Positions 63,149-64,000 of a DNA stretch of 64,000 nt are shown in pieces. The notes beneath the pieces are model-generated. The model had not been told where the DNA came from and did no database searches. It worked only from the letters and a program-made list of their open reading frames with translations. Source of the DNA: an uncultured Gemmatimonadaceae bacterium (GTDB taxonomy: Bacteria; Gemmatimonadota; Gemmatimonadetes; Gemmatimonadales; Gemmatimonadaceae); assembly GCA_963781585.1 (NCBI GenBank), contig CAWAGQ010000013.1, positions 192,001 to 256,000 of the forward strand, written 5' to 3'. How positions within the stretch are numbered: the stretch's first letter is position 1; every line of letters begins with the position of its first letter. The position numbers were made by a program, and so were the translations under genes.

Positions 63149-63269
63149 GGTTCAGAGCTCATGACGTTCGCTTGGCCTCTGGCCTCTGACCTATATCCTA
63201 TGTCCGCTCACAATGGCCTCGGGCCTCTGACCTTTGACCTATGGCCTATGACCCATGGCCTATGGCCTA
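63127..63269. repeat. Family-B heptamer arrays in inverted arrangement
   Basis: 5 units NAGNYCA (63127-63161), then about 14 units TGRCCTN (63173-63269). Confidence 0.8.
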
Positions 63270-64000
63270 CTTCGGCCACACCACTCCCTGGTTCTTCGCC
63301 ACCATCCCCATGCCCTTGTAGACGAACTTCTGGACGCGTTTCCCCTCGTAGGTCTCGGTGGTGTAGATGTTGCCTTTCGAGTCGGTGGCGATGCTGTGCA
63401 CGGCGAACCACTGGCCCGGCTGGCGGCCCCCGTCCCCGAACATCGTGAGGATCTGGAGTGACTGGCGGTCGATGACGTAGATGTGCTCGTTCTTGCCGTC
63501 GGCGAGGAAGATGTACTTCTGCTGCGGATCGCGGGAAAAGGCGATGTCCCACACCGAGCCGTCACCCAGGGTGCGCGGCGCGATCTGCACTTCCTTCACG
63601 AACTCGCCGTTCTTGCGGAAGACCTGGATCCGGTCGTTAGGCCGGTCGCAGACGTAGAGCAACCCGTCGGTGGACGGCTGGGCGCAGTGCACCGGGTTGC
63701 GGAACTGCGGAATGAGCGGCGCGTCGGGATTGTAGGGCCCATAGTTGCTGTCGCTCGGCACGTTGCCATAGGCGCCCCAGAAGCGTTTCACCGCGCCGGT
63801 ATTCATGTCGATCACGGCCACGCGATGGTTGCCGTAGCCGTCGGCGATATACGCTTCCTGAGCGGGAACGTCGAAGGCAATCTTTGCGACGCGTCCAAAG
63901 TGTTCCGTGCTCTTGCTGTCCACCGGCTGGTGGGCCTTGCCGATCTCCATCAGGAACTTGCCATCATGCGTGAACTTGAGGATCTGTGAGTCGCCGGTGC
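63267..64000 (-). CDS. NHL-repeat beta-propeller protein (PAL-like), 5' end outside the window
   Basis: YIADGYGNHRV, YVCDRPNDRIQVF, HSIATDSKGNIYT. Confidence 0.85.
   Translation of the reverse strand, partial: TGDSQILKFTHDGKFLMEIGKAHQPVDSKSTEHFGRVAKIAFDVPAQEAYIADGYGNHRVAVIDMNTGAVKRFWGAYGNVPSDSNYGPYNPDAPLIPQFRNPVHCAQPSTDGLLYVCDRPNDRIQVFRKNGEFVKEVQIAPRTLGDGSVWDIAFSRDPQQKYIFLADGKNEHIYVIDRQSLQILTMFGDGGRQPGQWFAVHSIATDSKGNIYTTETYEGKRVQKFVYKGMGMVAKNQGVVWPK

Overview
High-GC (roughly 68-70% by eye) bacterial chromosome window. The gene repertoire (Ser/Thr kinase-TPR proteins, Gly/Arg-rich secreted M14 peptidase and VPS10-like hydrolase, 6-bladed beta-propeller proteins) suggests Gemmatimonadota, which is an inference. 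It holds about 47 CDS or fragments and one tRNA-Lys(UUU). These include dps, a cNMP/TrxB-like reductase, two lytic transglycosylases, moaC, holB, an amidase, a peptide ABC transporter lacking ATPases, a glgE-glgB-sugar ABC operon, msrA, GH27 and GH3 hydrolases, a TolC/MFP/RND efflux operon and a ZIP transporter. No integrase, transposase or CRISPR array was seen. Four things stand out. (1) An unannotated cassette at 46.4-49.1 kb: a 20-bp tandem repeat, then a signal-peptide plus 8-Cys peptide precursor hidden by a +1 frameshift, then a membrane-anchored DsbA-like oxidoreductase and a 6-bladed beta-propeller. This is a candidate disulfide-rich secreted peptide system. (2) The octamer CGTTAGGY/RCCTAACG occurs at least 25 times, without strand bias and mostly inside genes where it forces rare codons. 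(3) Two families of phased 7-bp intergenic repeat arrays. (4) Three truncated genes butted directly against neighbours. All calls come from motif recognition only; no database searches were run.
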